A stretch of 63,999 nucleotides of DNA, counting the filler, from Dirinaria sp. TL-2023a (Eukaryota), in assembly GCA_051941275.1 (NCBI GenBank). It is 4 parts of 4 records of this genome, joined end to end, with 100 filler letters (N's around TTAATTAATTAA, not from the genome) between each part and the next. Parts side by side here need not be neighbours in the genome. Positions count along the whole stretch, not along the records: positions 1 to 16,181 come from JAVEBF010000504.1; 3 more parts are not named here. One strand, written 5' to 3'. This document shows, in pieces, positions 1 through 12,715 of this stretch. Under the pieces are notes generated by a model. That model worked only from the letters and a program-made list of their open reading frames with translations, was not told the origin of the DNA and searched no databases. Both the position numbers and the translations under genes were made by a program. Position 1 is the stretch's first letter, and each line of letters starts with the position of its first letter.

Positions 1-427
1 GTGCGATGAGGGAGGTGGGAGGGCAGGGCAGGGCAATTGTTTGAATAGCGCCAGAGAGTATCTACAATGTAAAGTAGTAGCTGAGGATGTTGAGAAATTT
101 CGAGGCTCAGGGCCCAACCAATCTCTAATCACGTGCATGCACACCTATGTTTCAACCGATTTGTATGTTGGTAATTTAGGAGTCTTGTGTATTGACAAGG
201 TCTTTTCATCGACGCTTTGCATGTTTCTGGGTATTATATGTCAAGCTCGCTGGAGCTCTTCCGTCCAGTTCATGCTTGGAACGCTGGCATGGATACCTGA
301 CGCTTAATTACAGTGTGCAAAAGCTGACGATGCCTTTTCCCCCTTATCTACAGATATCCCCGAACTCCTCCCATAGGGTATTTCTTCTCCGGAGTTGCTA
401 TGCACAAATATCTGGGCGCTTGGCGGT

Positions 428-1549
428 TCATAGGTAGACCTGTATCATTGCGCTTGGGTGGCTGATGGGCTTGTGCCCACAATCTTTAACTTGGCATCGA
501 GCGAACGGCTTTGCACTTGTGGTTCGTAGCGCTTTCTTAGAAGCTTTCCGATTTGTCGCACATTCTCCACAGTAGACCTGATGATCTGTCAGTGGTTCTG
601 TGATAGGTAGCTGGCAATTACGAGACGTTACATGTCCGCAGCTCTTCACGATCCACACTTGGCGCTTCACTTCATCTTGTCCCTGACCAAGCTCTTCGTC
701 ACAATTCGGGCATACTAAGATGTCTTCCTCTTTGGGCGTCCTCGTAAATCCTGGACGAGGTGAAGCGGGTGGCTCGTAGGTAGGAGGAGGCGGTTGTGAT
801 CGAGGTGCAGTTCCCATGTCGAAAGCTGGCCGCTCGAAATCAAGATGGTGGGGAGGAAGAGCGAAATCGAAGTTGGTCCTTTGCAGATAAATCAGATCAT
901 CGCCGTTGGGAACAACGTGGGAATGCGTATTGTGGCGATGATGGTGATGATGGTGATGATGGTTTGGATTCGGACGAGGTTGGCGATGGATATCTCGAAA
1001 TAGACGACCAAGTACTTGACCTTGGTTTGTGAGGCCGTAGTTCGTGAGATCTCTTCGGATGTGTGCCACCGCTTGCTCTACCGAGATCTGTCTTGCGTTT
1101 CTGTCTTCACGTATTGAGGTACCAATGGACCGAGAGCGCGGTCTAGCAGCAGCCGACAAGGGCCGGGAGTACAGTACTTCAAGATCTGGACTGTCCTCCC
1201 TTCTGCGCGCTTGTCGTACTCTAGCAGTATCCTGTTCATCCTCATCATCCAAATCTATGATACTTTGTCTTGCATGATTGCCCCGCGTTGGTCCTAAAGT
1301 TCGAGATACATCAGGAGATTGTCCGCTCGGGCTGCTGGGCTCATCTGTGAGATCGATGATGTTGTGTGCGGGCTGCGACATGGCCGGTCTTCTGAAATCG
1401 AAGCCGTCACCTACATGCCGACTTTGGGATGGAATATTCGAAGGCTGATCCGGGGTTGGGCGGGGAGAGGTAGACTGATGATCCGAGAAAGGGTTAACAA
1501 AGAAGTTACGACTCCAGTGTGAATGATCCGGTCTATGCTCAGCCATCAT
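428..1549 (-). CDS. SUMO-targeted ubiquitin ligase-like protein (Slx5/Rfp1-like): SIM motifs plus C-terminal RING-like Zn finger
   Basis: SIM-like motifs IIDLT and IIDLD, a His tract, and C-terminal CPNC...CGH|VYCGEC...CQVKDC. A 54-nt GTAACG...CTGAC...CAG intron at 578-631 joins CGH to VYC. Confidence 0.7.
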   Translation of the reverse strand: MMAEHRPDHSHWSRNFFVNPFSDHQSTSPRPTPDQPSNIPSQSRHVGDGFDFRRPAMSQPAHNIIDLTDEPSSPSGQSPDVSRTLGPTRGNHARQSIIDLDDEDEQDTARVRQARRREDSPDLEVLYSRPLSAAARPRSRSIGTSIREDRNARQISVEQAVAHIRRDLTNYGLTNQGQVLGRLFRDIHRQPRPNPNHHHHHHHHRHNTHSHVVPNGDDLIYLQRTNFDFALPPHHLDFERPAFDMGTAPRSQPPPPTYEPPASPRPGFTRTPKEEDILVCPNCDEELGQGQDEVKRQVWIVKSCGHVTSRNCQLPITEPLTDHQVYCGECATNRKASKKALRTTSAKPFARCQVKDCGHKPISHPSAMIQVYL

Positions 1550-2277
1550 TTGATCATGGGATCGCTACAGAAAGACTTAAGAATGTATTCACTACACAAT
1601 CATCCCTGAGATGAACAGGGTAACATACCTTTCGGCCAGAGCTTAAACAGTTCAATAAAGACGCTGTAGCGGACCGATGATCCATAATCTGATCATAAGC
1701 AAAAGTGAGTGTTGAAATCCGACTGGTGAGTGTAAAAGACTAGCAGTGTGAAAGGAACGACCTGATGATGGGTTGGTGGCAACTTGAAAGTTGGGCCAAA
1801 TCAGAGAGTTGAATGTTGCAGGGATTCCTTCTCCCGCTCTGACATCGATTGAACAGTCGCCATTTATTCTTATGATAGCATGTTTCGAGTGTGGAAAAAA
1901 TACCTAATTCACTGCAATGTATAAGAAAACTTCTTAATTTTTCTATCTATTCAGATCTATCTTCATCGACACTGAACAAAGCATATTGCTTTTCTCAATC
2001 CGAATGTCTGAACCAGTGATTTGAAAACAACGATCGGTTCACTGCTTCATCAAGTACTGCTCATTACTGCCTCTCCCAGGACCATTCACAGCACTCATTC
2101 TCCCTTATCTTCCACTTCTCATCATAATCGATCCATGAGAGCGAACAAGAAGTCTACAGAGGATGCTGAGAAATGTAGAGGCTAGCATGCTCTCATCCTA
2201 GGGAGCTTTTCACTTCCTGCTCAATAAATCACTAAACTATAATGTACAAGAGTGATTACTAGCCCACGTAAACCGCT

Positions 2278-3929
2278 TTAACTTGGAGCTAACAAAGTAA
2301 TCGTTCCCTCAGCACCTAATGAAATCAGATTTTGCGCTTTGGCACCCCAGGAAACCGCCACTGCGGGTACAGCGCTTCTTAGACGTTCTGACCATTCCTT
2401 AGCCGATTTCGAGTATTGTTGCACTGAAAGGCCGCTGGGTCCTGCAGCTACCAAGAACTGGCCCGTGTAGTCCCAATCAACATGTTCAATTTGGCTTCCT
2501 ATGTCAAGGGCTTTGATCTGCGAGGATTTCCGGAGATCCCAGATTGAAACAATGGTTGAGCCTTTGGCGACAACAGCCAGCCATGTCCCATTCTCCGAAA
2601 AGGCCAAAGCTTGGATGGCGCCTTTACCGTCAAAATTGGCAGCATTGGTGCCTGTCTTGACATCGAATATCTTAATTTGGCCGTCCGAGCCTCCAGCAGC
2701 AAATAAATGACCATCTGGATGGAAACCAGCCCGAGTAAGTTCTGGTACGAGGTTAGTAAACTCCCCAAGACCTGACAATCCCGGGTTCTGTGCCTACCAG
2801 CATCTGTATAGACTTGAGTAGCTTGGGTATAGGAGGCCAGATCATATAGTACATAACTCTTGTCTGTCCCCACAGAGGCTAGTATATCCCCACTCGGGTG
2901 TATCGCAAGGGCGGACACTTTGCCCTTATGAACATTAAAGCTGGAGATCTCGGCGCCGTCCTCGAATATTTTTATGACACCAGAGGTGGTGGATACGATG
3001 GGGCGCGCGCCTGCCCATATAGCGTCGGTTACTGCTCCCGAGCCAACCTCCAGCTCGCGTACAATCTTGTTTTGCGAGACAGAATATACTCCAGCGACAC
3101 CGTTATCGCCACCCAACAAGACGAGATCGCCGCTTTCGTGGATAGATAACGACTGAGCGCCGTGGAATAATGGCTCGGACTTCTCAACAGGCTGAAACGA
3201 TTGCACAGCTTCAGGAGTGACCCAATCATCTGGTATAGCACGTTTCCGTCGAGTTTTCGATAGCCTGAAGGCAAGATTAGCTACTCCGTTAAAAATGACC
3301 TAGTGCACCAATATGCTTCTGTACTTTTCTTGTGTAGCCTCCACCCTAGCCATTAGATCGCTTGAGAGCCCTAGCCCGTCAACCTGCATCGCCTCCCCAT
3401 TCGCCATGCCATCACCATTAATGGTAATCTTCGATAGGGCCTCGCGAGCCTCATCTCGCTCCCTAGAAAGGCGTGCTATGACCCTTATAGCCGCATCATG
3501 CTGGTACAATGCTGTACTTAGCTCTTGCCTTGTCTGCGTTAAATGCTGCCTGAGGTTGTACGTTTCCAGAGCGAGGGCGTCCCATTCGTTCTGGAAGACT
3601 GACAGTAATGAAGGTATGGAGGTCAGCGTTGGTGGTCGAGGTTTCACGATTCGTGCTGATTGGAGCTCCACGAGATCATCCGTTGTGATTTCTTCACCAT
3701 TCACAGGATCCTTGCCGTTCTCTGCTACGTAGGCTTCAATGAGACGTTTTTCGAAGACGTGGCCTGTAGCGATCAGCAAAATTCTCAACGAACCTATGCT
3801 TAAATCACAAACCACTCTTGCGTGAAGCAACTGGCACTTGGGGCGCTTCCCCAGATACTGCAACCCGTAAGCATACCCTCGTCTCGAAAAGCCATATCCC
3901 ACAGGTTTTGACCTACTCGCACACAGCAT
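2278..3929 (-). CDS. PRP19: Pre-mRNA processing factor 19 (U-box, coiled coil, WD40), multi-exon
   Basis: Spliced N-terminus [20 protein letters not shown], then [18 protein letters not shown] (U-box), [25 protein letters not shown] (Prp19 domain) and WD40 repeats in ORFs 2499-3206 and 2278-2778. Confidence 0.95.
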
Positions 3930-4456
3930 GCTAAGCTTTGTGTAGAATCTCCTTAATCGTATTCATTGGAGCTACGGCTACAATGCGCTCTGTGGAACAA
4001 AGGCCAGGTATTGAAATGTTTTGGTGCTAAGACACTAGAAGTAAATATCGTAAGATACTCAAAATAGTACGGTAATTTAGTTATGGTGCGCCATGACGAA
4101 CCCTAAAACCCCTGAAATCCCAACTGCGGTACTACCCAATCGTACATCCGTAGGTAAGGTACCTTACATTGGAAAAGCTACGCCTTTTTTATGTATGCAG
4201 GCGAGGCAGCATAGAGGTAGTCAAATGGTGACTACTACAGTACCTCTGAGATCCTCGAAGATCTCATTTGTGGAAAGGTCACAACATGTACCACTCCACC
4301 ATACATAACCATCATCCTGCCTTTTATTGACCATCTTGTGGAGGAGATTGTACTTATCAGTGTTCTAAATTTGCGGTCTTGAGGATTTAACTACTTGTAT
4401 CGCAACTGAAGGCAGGCTTGACTTTGAATATTTTTGTAGATATGTGAATACGGTCA

Positions 4457-4989
4457 TCATTCGTCAAATGACAACTTTATCTTCTTATTCCTCTTCGTCT
4501 TTGCCGTCCTGGTCCTTTCAAGACCTTCTGTTGCACTCTCTGGCTGTCGAACGTCTTCATCCCCAACTATCTTGGCTGAGCGTGATTTGAACGATTTGCC
4601 GACAGAAGCGATCTGCTCTCCAGAGGTTGGGGGCTTATTTTGCCCATTCCCCTGCTTCGGCTGTTCTTCGTCTGGTAGAGCTCGATCGTTGTCCGCTTGG
4701 TTCGTGTCCTCCTTACGGTTGACCAGTGCTTCAAACTCATCCTTCGGTACAACTTCGTGGCTTGCCTCATCCACATAAGTGGGCGCGTCGTCATCCTCTT
4801 CATATACGTTCATTTTCTTCTTCGGTCTCGCGAACTGACGTTCGTGACGGACAGAATTTTGGCGTCCAACCTCGCCCCGCAGCCTGCGAAGGAATGCAGG
4901 CTCATGGGAGTCTGTCCTAATGTCAGTCTCGGAAGTTCTTTGATCCTGATTGGCCTACCATAATTTAGGTTCTTAGCATTGATGCTCAT
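4457..4989 (-). CDS. DUF4604-like small conserved protein (2 exons)
   Basis: Exon 1 MSINAKNLNY spliced to DSHEPAFLRRLRG...DDDAPTYVD...KKIKLSFDE, the characteristic pattern of this family. Confidence 0.7.
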
Positions 4990-6002
4990 TGTAGCGTGAA
5001 TGATGTCCTATGAGCACCAATGGTCTTGCTTCCAACCTCCATCACCCATTCAGACTGTGATTTCACTGCTCTTACCTCGGTAAACGTTCCCACAAATACC
5101 ATGTAACGAGCGTTCGGAAGCTTTAGGCAAGTTGTAGACTGTTGATTATGTCCTTCAAGGCTATCAGATAGGCGTGGTTCGATTGATATAGATCGAGGCT
5201 TCCAGTGCAACAGCACTGGAAATGAATGAGGCAGTAGACTCGTTGACGCAAGTTTAGATCAACAAAGGATCCTGCAACAGCTGAGTAAGTAGCGCTTGGT
5301 TGCAATCTTACCTTACCTTACCTTATGCGCAACCAAGGTCGGGCGAAAGTTGATGATTTCGCCGATTCAACTTCACACCGAGGTGAAATATCTTACCTTA
5401 CTCGCCTTATTATTAGCCTTCCCAAAAAGGGCAAGCGCAGTCTTCCACGGCGATACGGGCATCCTCTCGCTTGCAAATGGGGGAGAGTCCGTGTCTGGCA
5501 TCTCATATTCGCAATTAAAAGTATTATGCAGGATAATCTTGCATTGCGCAAGTCACCAACTGTGATACTTTTGTCCTCTTTCCGCATCCTCTGAAAGGTA
5601 GAACAAGTCGATGACCAATTGCCACTGAGGTTTCACTTCCTCTCCGCTCCTTACGACCTCCTATCCCGCCCCCCGTACCCTTCTCGCCATCTCCTGGAGT
5701 CTCATGCCTCTACAAGTGCCAGTATCTCCCAGGTATCTTATTTGATTCAGCGAAACTGGGTATTTTCGAATAGCATCATCTGCCTCAGCACCTTCGGACC
5801 ACTTCTGGCTACCTCTTGCTACTATCGTACTCCCAATAAAGCAACTGGAGTATCACGCACGAACACGCATTCTCTGAGCCACAGTCGTGGCCCGGCGGAT
5901 CTGTAGGCAGGGAAATCAGTGGACTCCGTCGGTGGTCAGCCAACCCAAGGCACAATTCGAGCTGTTCAGTCCAAACCAATACAGCTGAGGCCTACCGCAC
6001 TT

Positions 6003-7750
6003 ATGGGGTTCGTTCAAAGGGTGATGAAGCACTTGCCTTCAGCTCCAGAACCTCCTACCGAAGACTTGTCAAGTCATAAGGACCGTCGCATTTCGCGTTT
6101 GGCATTCTTCAGGAGACGCATACGATTAAAAGGCAATTCCAAGATATCCATCCCGTTGGGTTTTGTAATTTTATTTCCATGCATTGTTATTATCCTAATA
6201 TTAATACTCGTTCTGATACATCCGTCATCACCTGGCACCATCTTCATTCCCGCAGGAGCTCCTCCAGCCATAAGGTAAGAGCCACCTTTGCATCTCGCCG
6301 TCGAATAGCTAGTCAACGGTACGCTGACATCTCGGCCACAGAAAAATCAGCGAAGAACATGACAAAGTGTTCGTCACAGGATGTTTAGATCCAGAAACGC
6401 AAGCCAATGCTCCTCGGGCAAACGCGGCCTTGGTGGTATTGGCCAGAAACTCAGAGTTGCAGGGTGTGATACAATCCATCAAATCCATGGAAAGGCACTT
6501 CAATCGGTGGTTCAATTACCCCTATGTGTTTCTCAATGATGGTGATTTCAATTCGACGTTTAAGGAGACGATACTCAACCACACAAGCTCGCCAGTCGAG
6601 TTTGGCAAGATAGATCCAGACATGTGGGGATATCCGGACTGGGCGAATGTAGAAGTTGCGAGAGAAGGAATAAGGAAGCAAGGGGATAAGGCAATCATGT
6701 ACGGTGGTATGGAGAGCTACCATCACATGTGTCGCTTCTATTCAGGGTAAGAATATCGCTCCTCCATGGTGGCACTGCTAACACTCGTACCTAGATTCTT
6801 CTACAAGCATGAGCTCCTACTAAAATATGACTGGTATTGGCGAGTAGAGCCGGACATCAAATACTTTTGTGACCTGACATAGTATGTGCGGTACAATGCA
6901 GTGCGTATATGTCAGTATTTCATGCTAATCTTGCGCAGCGATCCCTTCATACACATGGAGAGAGCGAAGAAGACATACGGTTTCACTATCGCCGTCAAAG
7001 AATTGAAGGAGACCGTTCCCAACATCTTCCGCTATGCGTCAGCTTATAAGCGCGTCAATAACTTGACATCGAAGGGCCTATGGGAAATGTTCGCAGAACC
7101 AGCTGAACTGCCGGTTCCATTGGAAACTGAAGACCCTAAGTATAAGCCGCCGCTTCCAGAGGAGATACTGAGCACCGAAGCGGGTCAAGGAGGACTGCCT
7201 GACGTTGATCCTGAAGCAATGGAGGGCGAGATCTACAACATGTGTCATTTCTGGAGTAACTTCGAAATCGCAAGACTTGATTGGTTCAGGAGCAAAGAAT
7301 ACAATGACTTCTTCGACATGATGGACAGGAGTGGGGGCTTCTGGATGGAAAGGGTGAGTAGGAATTTTCACTATTGAATGATGCTTGAGCTAACACAAAG
7401 GGCAGTGGGGAGACGCTCCGATTCACTCTCTCGCCGCCGGCGCGCTACTGTCGCCCAAAGACATCCACTATTTCCGGGACATAGGGTATCGACACACTAC
7501 TATACAGCATTGCCCGGCGAACGCGCCGGGAAACAGGCAGCTCGAAAGAATCCCGTTTCTGGAGACGACCACCAAAGACGCAAAGAAGCGCAAAGAAGAG
7601 GACGAGTACTGGGAAACGTGGGATTCGGTCAAAGAGAATGGCGTTGGTTGCAGATGCAAATGCGATACAGACATCGTGGATGTTGAGGGCAAACAAGGCA
7701 GTTGCTTATCTGAGTGGGTCAATGTCGCGGGCGGTTGGGCATCTGCGTAG
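6003..7750 (+). CDS. KTR5: KRE2/KTR-family alpha-1,2-mannosyltransferase (GT15), Ktr5-like
   Basis: N-terminal TM anchor; motifs RANAALVVLARN, FNYPYVFLND, YGGMESYHHMCRFYSG, WYWRVEPD, YNMCHFWSNFEIA, ERWGDAPIH; four GT-AG introns; TAG at 7748-7750. Confidence 0.9.
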
Positions 7751-8863
7751 CGGTCGTGCTTGGGTTAGGCTTTATTCACGGCATACAGCTCCTTTCCATT
7801 TCGCATCTTGTCATTCTACATAATGAAGGGGTTCAGGACGAGCCTCCTTACCTTCTACTCTGCAGCATCGGAATAGGCGTTCTTTCTCCACGACGTATAT
7901 ACCACATTGCAGGCACTTTGTCTGCGTTCTCGGAAGATCCGAGAGGACAGCAATCATATCAAGCTTTGAAATCTCTGTGTGGCATGCAACAGCAGCGGCT
8001 GACGACTGTACTGGACCCCAGAACATACTACATTAACATGGTACGAGTACATCGTTTGCTTCTCGGAAAGCAAAGCAACGGCGATTGGAGGTGCAGGTCA
8101 GGAGTCACTCAGTACATGTACCAAGTGGTCCGTTCCGCTTCAGCGCTGAAGAAAAGCGATAAGTACCGTGCTTGTACACTGTGCCTGTGGTAAAGGTAAA
8201 GTACCCTACCTTAGGGAAGTACTGTACTCACATAAAGCACAAGTACTAAGGTAGGTACTGCTTCAGTAAGGAGGTCGAGGAGGGACCGAGGGAGGCTCTT
8301 CCGCTTATCTGAACGCGAGCTACCTTAGTCTCCCTTTGCAGCTAGTGCGGGACTGCTCCGGCATCCCAGCAAGCCCAGCTCATAACCCCTCCTTCCCACG
8401 TATCACTTCATTCATCATACCATACTTCACATTGCTCGCAACACGAGTTTTTTGTGCCAACACGGCCTTTGCGAGTAGAATAATCCTTCATCAAGCGTTG
8501 TTCTCTTCCCAGAACTCTTGGTGAGACTACTCTATCACTGCGGCCGAAGCCGGCATCACTTCAATGCCCCTCATGATCGCTTAAGTGCAAACGAGTCATC
8601 AGGCTGCCGTGACCATCTAGTTCAGGCACCAGAGACCGGTACCAACCGGGTACGCTTCAACTTTGTCCGTCTTCTGAGCGTCCATTAAACTGATCGACTT
8701 TCTTCTGTCTGGATGTTGTTTTCGAGGCTGCCTTGGCATGCTCCAAAATCGTGTATGCTGACTTCAGATGATGCAGTCCTCGTCGTTGAACAAACCTCGA
8801 GTTAAACGCTTTCCTACCACGCCCAGCCTCGACGTGTGGCTTTCTCATTCTGTCACCGCCCCG

Positions 8864-11341
8864 ATGGCTGCAACAAATGACGAAACTTCTTTCGACGATA
8901 CTGCGAGCTCTTTAGGTGACAGCTCTTATGACTTTCTTGATGATAGGAGTGCAGTGACCACGGATGATGAAGGGTCAGCCAATTTGACCTTGTCCTTCTC
9001 GTCAAGTGATGGGCCGGAGTCCGAGACGCCCATAGTTTCCCGATCCCAGAATACAGATTTCGCCAGGGCGCATATTAGTACATCACAGCCGACTACACAG
9101 GAAAATAGTGATGAGGATCGGGGCAACCATGTCCTCCAAGAAGAAGATCGAGGTATCACACTTGACGAAGCAATCGTCTGCAATCATCCAATGAGGATCT
9201 TTGAAGGTTCGCATACTATACGAGAATATCACAGCCACGAGATCCAGGATGTGTTCCAATGTGAATCTTCTGAATTGGTCTCCAAGCATCTGACCCTCAC
9301 GGTTCGGCAATCTATGGCAGCCCGGGATTTCGTACCACCTGAACCTTTCAGAATGATGTACATAGGCGACCCTACAGTTAAAGAGCCTATCGTGCAAAAG
9401 TTCGGCTCAATATTAGCTGCATTCTCAAGAGACAATGGCAACGCGTCTTCTAGGTTCAACGTCATTCCTATTTCTTCCTTTGGACAGACACGGTCTCCTG
9501 AAGTACTCCTTGTGGACTCTGTTGGTCTGGAGATAAGCGTAAAAGACTGCGTAAGCGCAAGCTTAAGCGGGAAGGAGGATGGCCTAGACTCGATCTGTCT
9601 CAAGGTGGCGGATGGCACACTTGTCACGTCGAGATGGTCATCTATGGAGTCCAGGTTTGAAGTCTTCACCGGACTGGGGGAATGGCAGCTTCCCCAAATT
9701 GCCGTCTTTCACCTCTCGGACAAAGATGCTATGGCTACGAAGCTGACCCAACGCCTCACGCAATTCTTCATGAGCCGACATCGAATACCATGTCTCATTA
9801 TCGCCGAAACTCAGCTCCAAGCTCGAGCATTAGAGGCGATCACCTTAGATTATCTGTCGCCGCATCTCTGCTTCGAGACCAGCAATGTTGATCGGGCGGG
9901 GCCCAACTACATCATCAAGCGCTTCCCTCTAGACCTTCCAACTTTCTTAGAGCTTGACGCAACTCAATTGAACCGGAACCTGGCATTACTTACGGGGCTC
10001 AATAAAGACACTGGGACCCCAGAGAAAACCTCGAGCAAAGAGAGATCCACAAGCCGGATGTTGGCTGTCAACGCGAACACAGTGGAGCAGCAGGGGGAGC
10101 TTCTCAAGCCAACGCTATGGCAAGAGCTCAAGAAAAAAGTACATCGATACTTCTCACAAACTCAAGCGTTGACTATTGGAAGCATCATGTTACTATTTTT
10201 GCTTTCTATGGTAGCTCGCATCTTCCTAGGCTTTTTAACTGTCGCGCCTGAAGATATTGGTCAGTATGACCTTGCAAGTCCCCATATGCTAGTTAGATCC
10301 AGCGTCCGTACAGTTGAGCCCACGAAGTTGGGTATTGAGTCTGCTCTTACAACTGTCGCTTCTTCGACACGGTCACTGCAGACACACACTTCTCGACTTG
10401 AGCCAACTGTCAGTCCTAACACCGATCTTGCTGCGTTTTTGCTCGACTCCCACGCACTTACACCCAACAATTCGGCAAAGTTTAAGGTTCACATAGTTGG
10501 GGACTGCCATATCGTACTTAGGCCTCCGCACTGGTTCATGCGATACAGAAAAGCGCCGAAACTCCTGTTTAATGTGACTAGGAAGAATACGGCAGTAGAG
10601 CACGAGTTGTCAATGCTCTTCGATGGAGTTTATGCGCTTAGAATCTTACGAGAAGAAGCTCATGGTGTCGTCAATGTATCTATCCGAACAACATCTAAGC
10701 CAAAGATCAACGAGGTGTTCCAGGTTGACTTTGGAAACACTTGGTTGAAAGCGGCAGGATGGAAGAAAGCTGCTCATGCCATGACAGAGTCAATACGTGG
10801 AGATCTAGACCTGGTTCACAATGGTCTGAGTACGTTGTACTCTCATGCAAATTCAGAAGTTCAGGTATTCGTGCATGACGCTATTAGAAAGGCCGATACC
10901 GTACGCAGGGAGATGGGTAGGCTTCGACGCTTATCGATACACCACACAGTCAGGTCTACCGACCTCATGCTTGGACAGACGAAGGATATCTCTCTCAGCA
11001 TCTCCGGAAAAGCCAGAAATAGCACTTCCGCACTCTCCAGGCATGTGGCTTTGTATAATCGACGCCTCCATAAGGGCTTGGCGATGTATCTCGAGGCTAA
11101 AAAGGTCGCAATAAAGACTCAAGCACAAGCAATGTCACGCTCGGTCAAAAGGTCTAGTATCAGCAACTTCGCGCGGACCACTGATCGTCTGAGCGAAGGC
11201 CATCTGCGAATGGCTCAGAAGGAGGCCTTGAAAGCTTGGTGGAAAGTCGTTGGTTCACCAAAGCAAATACCACCGGACGTGTCTCATGAATGTAAAACGG
11301 GAAAGCGAGGTCTCTGTTCTACGAAGAAGATCTCGAGATAA
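8864..11341 (+). CDS. Uncharacterised single-pass membrane protein (about 826 aa; upstream ATG at 8768 possible)
   Basis: Long intronless ORF with an acidic Ser-rich N-terminus, a globular alpha/beta region, one hydrophobic helix (ALTIGSIMLLFLLSMVARIFLGFL) and a beta-rich then helical C-terminus. Confidence 0.75.
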   Translation: MAATNDETSFDDTASSLGDSSYDFLDDRSAVTTDDEGSANLTLSFSSSDGPESETPIVSRSQNTDFARAHISTSQPTTQENSDEDRGNHVLQEEDRGITLDEAIVCNHPMRIFEGSHTIREYHSHEIQDVFQCESSELVSKHLTLTVRQSMAARDFVPPEPFRMMYIGDPTVKEPIVQKFGSILAAFSRDNGNASSRFNVIPISSFGQTRSPEVLLVDSVGLEISVKDCVSASLSGKEDGLDSICLKVADGTLVTSRWSSMESRFEVFTGLGEWQLPQIAVFHLSDKDAMATKLTQRLTQFFMSRHRIPCLIIAETQLQARALEAITLDYLSPHLCFETSNVDRAGPNYIIKRFPLDLPTFLELDATQLNRNLALLTGLNKDTGTPEKTSSKERSTSRMLAVNANTVEQQGELLKPTLWQELKKKVHRYFSQTQALTIGSIMLLFLLSMVARIFLGFLTVAPEDIGQYDLASPHMLVRSSVRTVEPTKLGIESALTTVASSTRSLQTHTSRLEPTVSPNTDLAAFLLDSHALTPNNSAKFKVHIVGDCHIVLRPPHWFMRYRKAPKLLFNVTRKNTAVEHELSMLFDGVYALRILREEAHGVVNVSIRTTSKPKINEVFQVDFGNTWLKAAGWKKAAHAMTESIRGDLDLVHNGLSTLYSHANSEVQVFVHDAIRKADTVRREMGRLRRLSIHHTVRSTDLMLGQTKDISLSISGKARNSTSALSRHVALYNRRLHKGLAMYLEAKKVAIKTQAQAMSRSVKRSSISNFARTTDRLSEGHLRMAQKEALKAWWKVVGSPKQIPPDVSHECKTGKRGLCSTKKISR

Positions 11342-11755
11342 TGGCCATTGGTCTTTTCAACAGTGTAGTGGCGCAAAGAAATGGTCTGAATGCATTTGAT
11401 ACACCTGACGGGTTGGCTGGTTGGAAGCTAGTGCTGGGAGCTGGTACCAGTGGTGAAATCGGAATGTTTTTCAAAGGTCTATGATAGCCTCAATCTATCT
11501 GTAGGTTTCATTATTAGAAAAACTGTGCAAGATATTTTGAAAGAAAGAAGACAGGAATATCCGGAATTTTGACGCTTCATATCTCGCTTAATGATTACGC
11601 GCCTAAATAGATAGAAATAAGCGCCAGGAAACGCATAACATGTGACGCCATTGTGTTGATTTAAACCCCAGGATCATTCAAGCTTCCAGTCATCACACTC
11701 GTTCAACCATAAATTTTTCCCTCCGAAGCTTTAGATCAAGGATTAGTTATCCATC

Positions 11756-12715
11756 ATGTCTGCAAGTGTGGAACCAAAGCCAGAACCATCAGTAGAGCAG
11801 ACTACTGCCACTGCTTCGAAGGAGCCAGACACAGCAGGCCAATCCATGAGCTCTTCAGAGGTGGCCCCTGCCAACACGGAACAGAGCACTTATGCAGGTA
11901 CAGCGACTTCGGCTGCTGTGAATGCTGCCACTACAGCTAGCAATGCTGCTGCTGGTGTAAAGGATAGTGTATTCTCCATGTTTGGTGGAGGCGCCAAGAA
12001 GGACAAGGTCGAAGAAGATGAAGCCCAAGACCGCTCCGGCTCCTCGAAAGCTCAGAAAGATGCCGAGGGTGGAGATGACGAAGTACAAAATGTCCATTTT
12101 CCCGGTGCTTAGTCCTAAGCTGACCACTTTGAGTAGGATCAGGCGCCTGAATCCGAAGACGTCCATTTCGAGCCTGTGGTACGCTTGACAGAGAAAGTAG
12201 AGACTAAGACCAATGAGGAGCTCGAGGAGCAGGCATTTAAGATGCGGGCAAAGCTGTTCAAGTTCGACAGGGATGGCAGAGAATGGAAGGAGCGTGGAAC
12301 AGGTGATGTTCGGTTACTCAAACACAAAGATAATGGCAAGACACGACTGGTCATGAGGCGCGATAAGACGCTGAAGGTTTGCGCCAATCACTACGGTAGG
12401 GTCCCTTACTTTAGCACCAGATGTATGGCGTATGTTGATCCACACGCCAGTTGTACCTGACATGAAGCTCTCGCCAAATGTCGGTAGTGACCGAAGCTGG
12501 GTCTGGAATGCTGCTGCCGATGTTAGCGAGGGAGAACCAGAGGCACAGACTCTTGCCATTCGATTCGCCAACAGTGAGAGTAAGTTTCTCACTCCCACAA
12601 GCGCGCCACTGAGACTAATCTTCACAAAGACGCCAATCTATTCAAAGAAGCCTTCATCAAGGCCCAACAAGAGAACGAAGCCTTGTTCAGCGCAGGAGAA
12701 AAGTCAGCTGAGTAG
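11756..12715 (+). CDS. YRB1: Ran-binding protein 1 (RanBP1/Yrb1)
   Basis: [19 protein letters not shown]...[15 protein letters not shown]...[35 protein letters not shown]; three introns. Confidence 0.95.
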
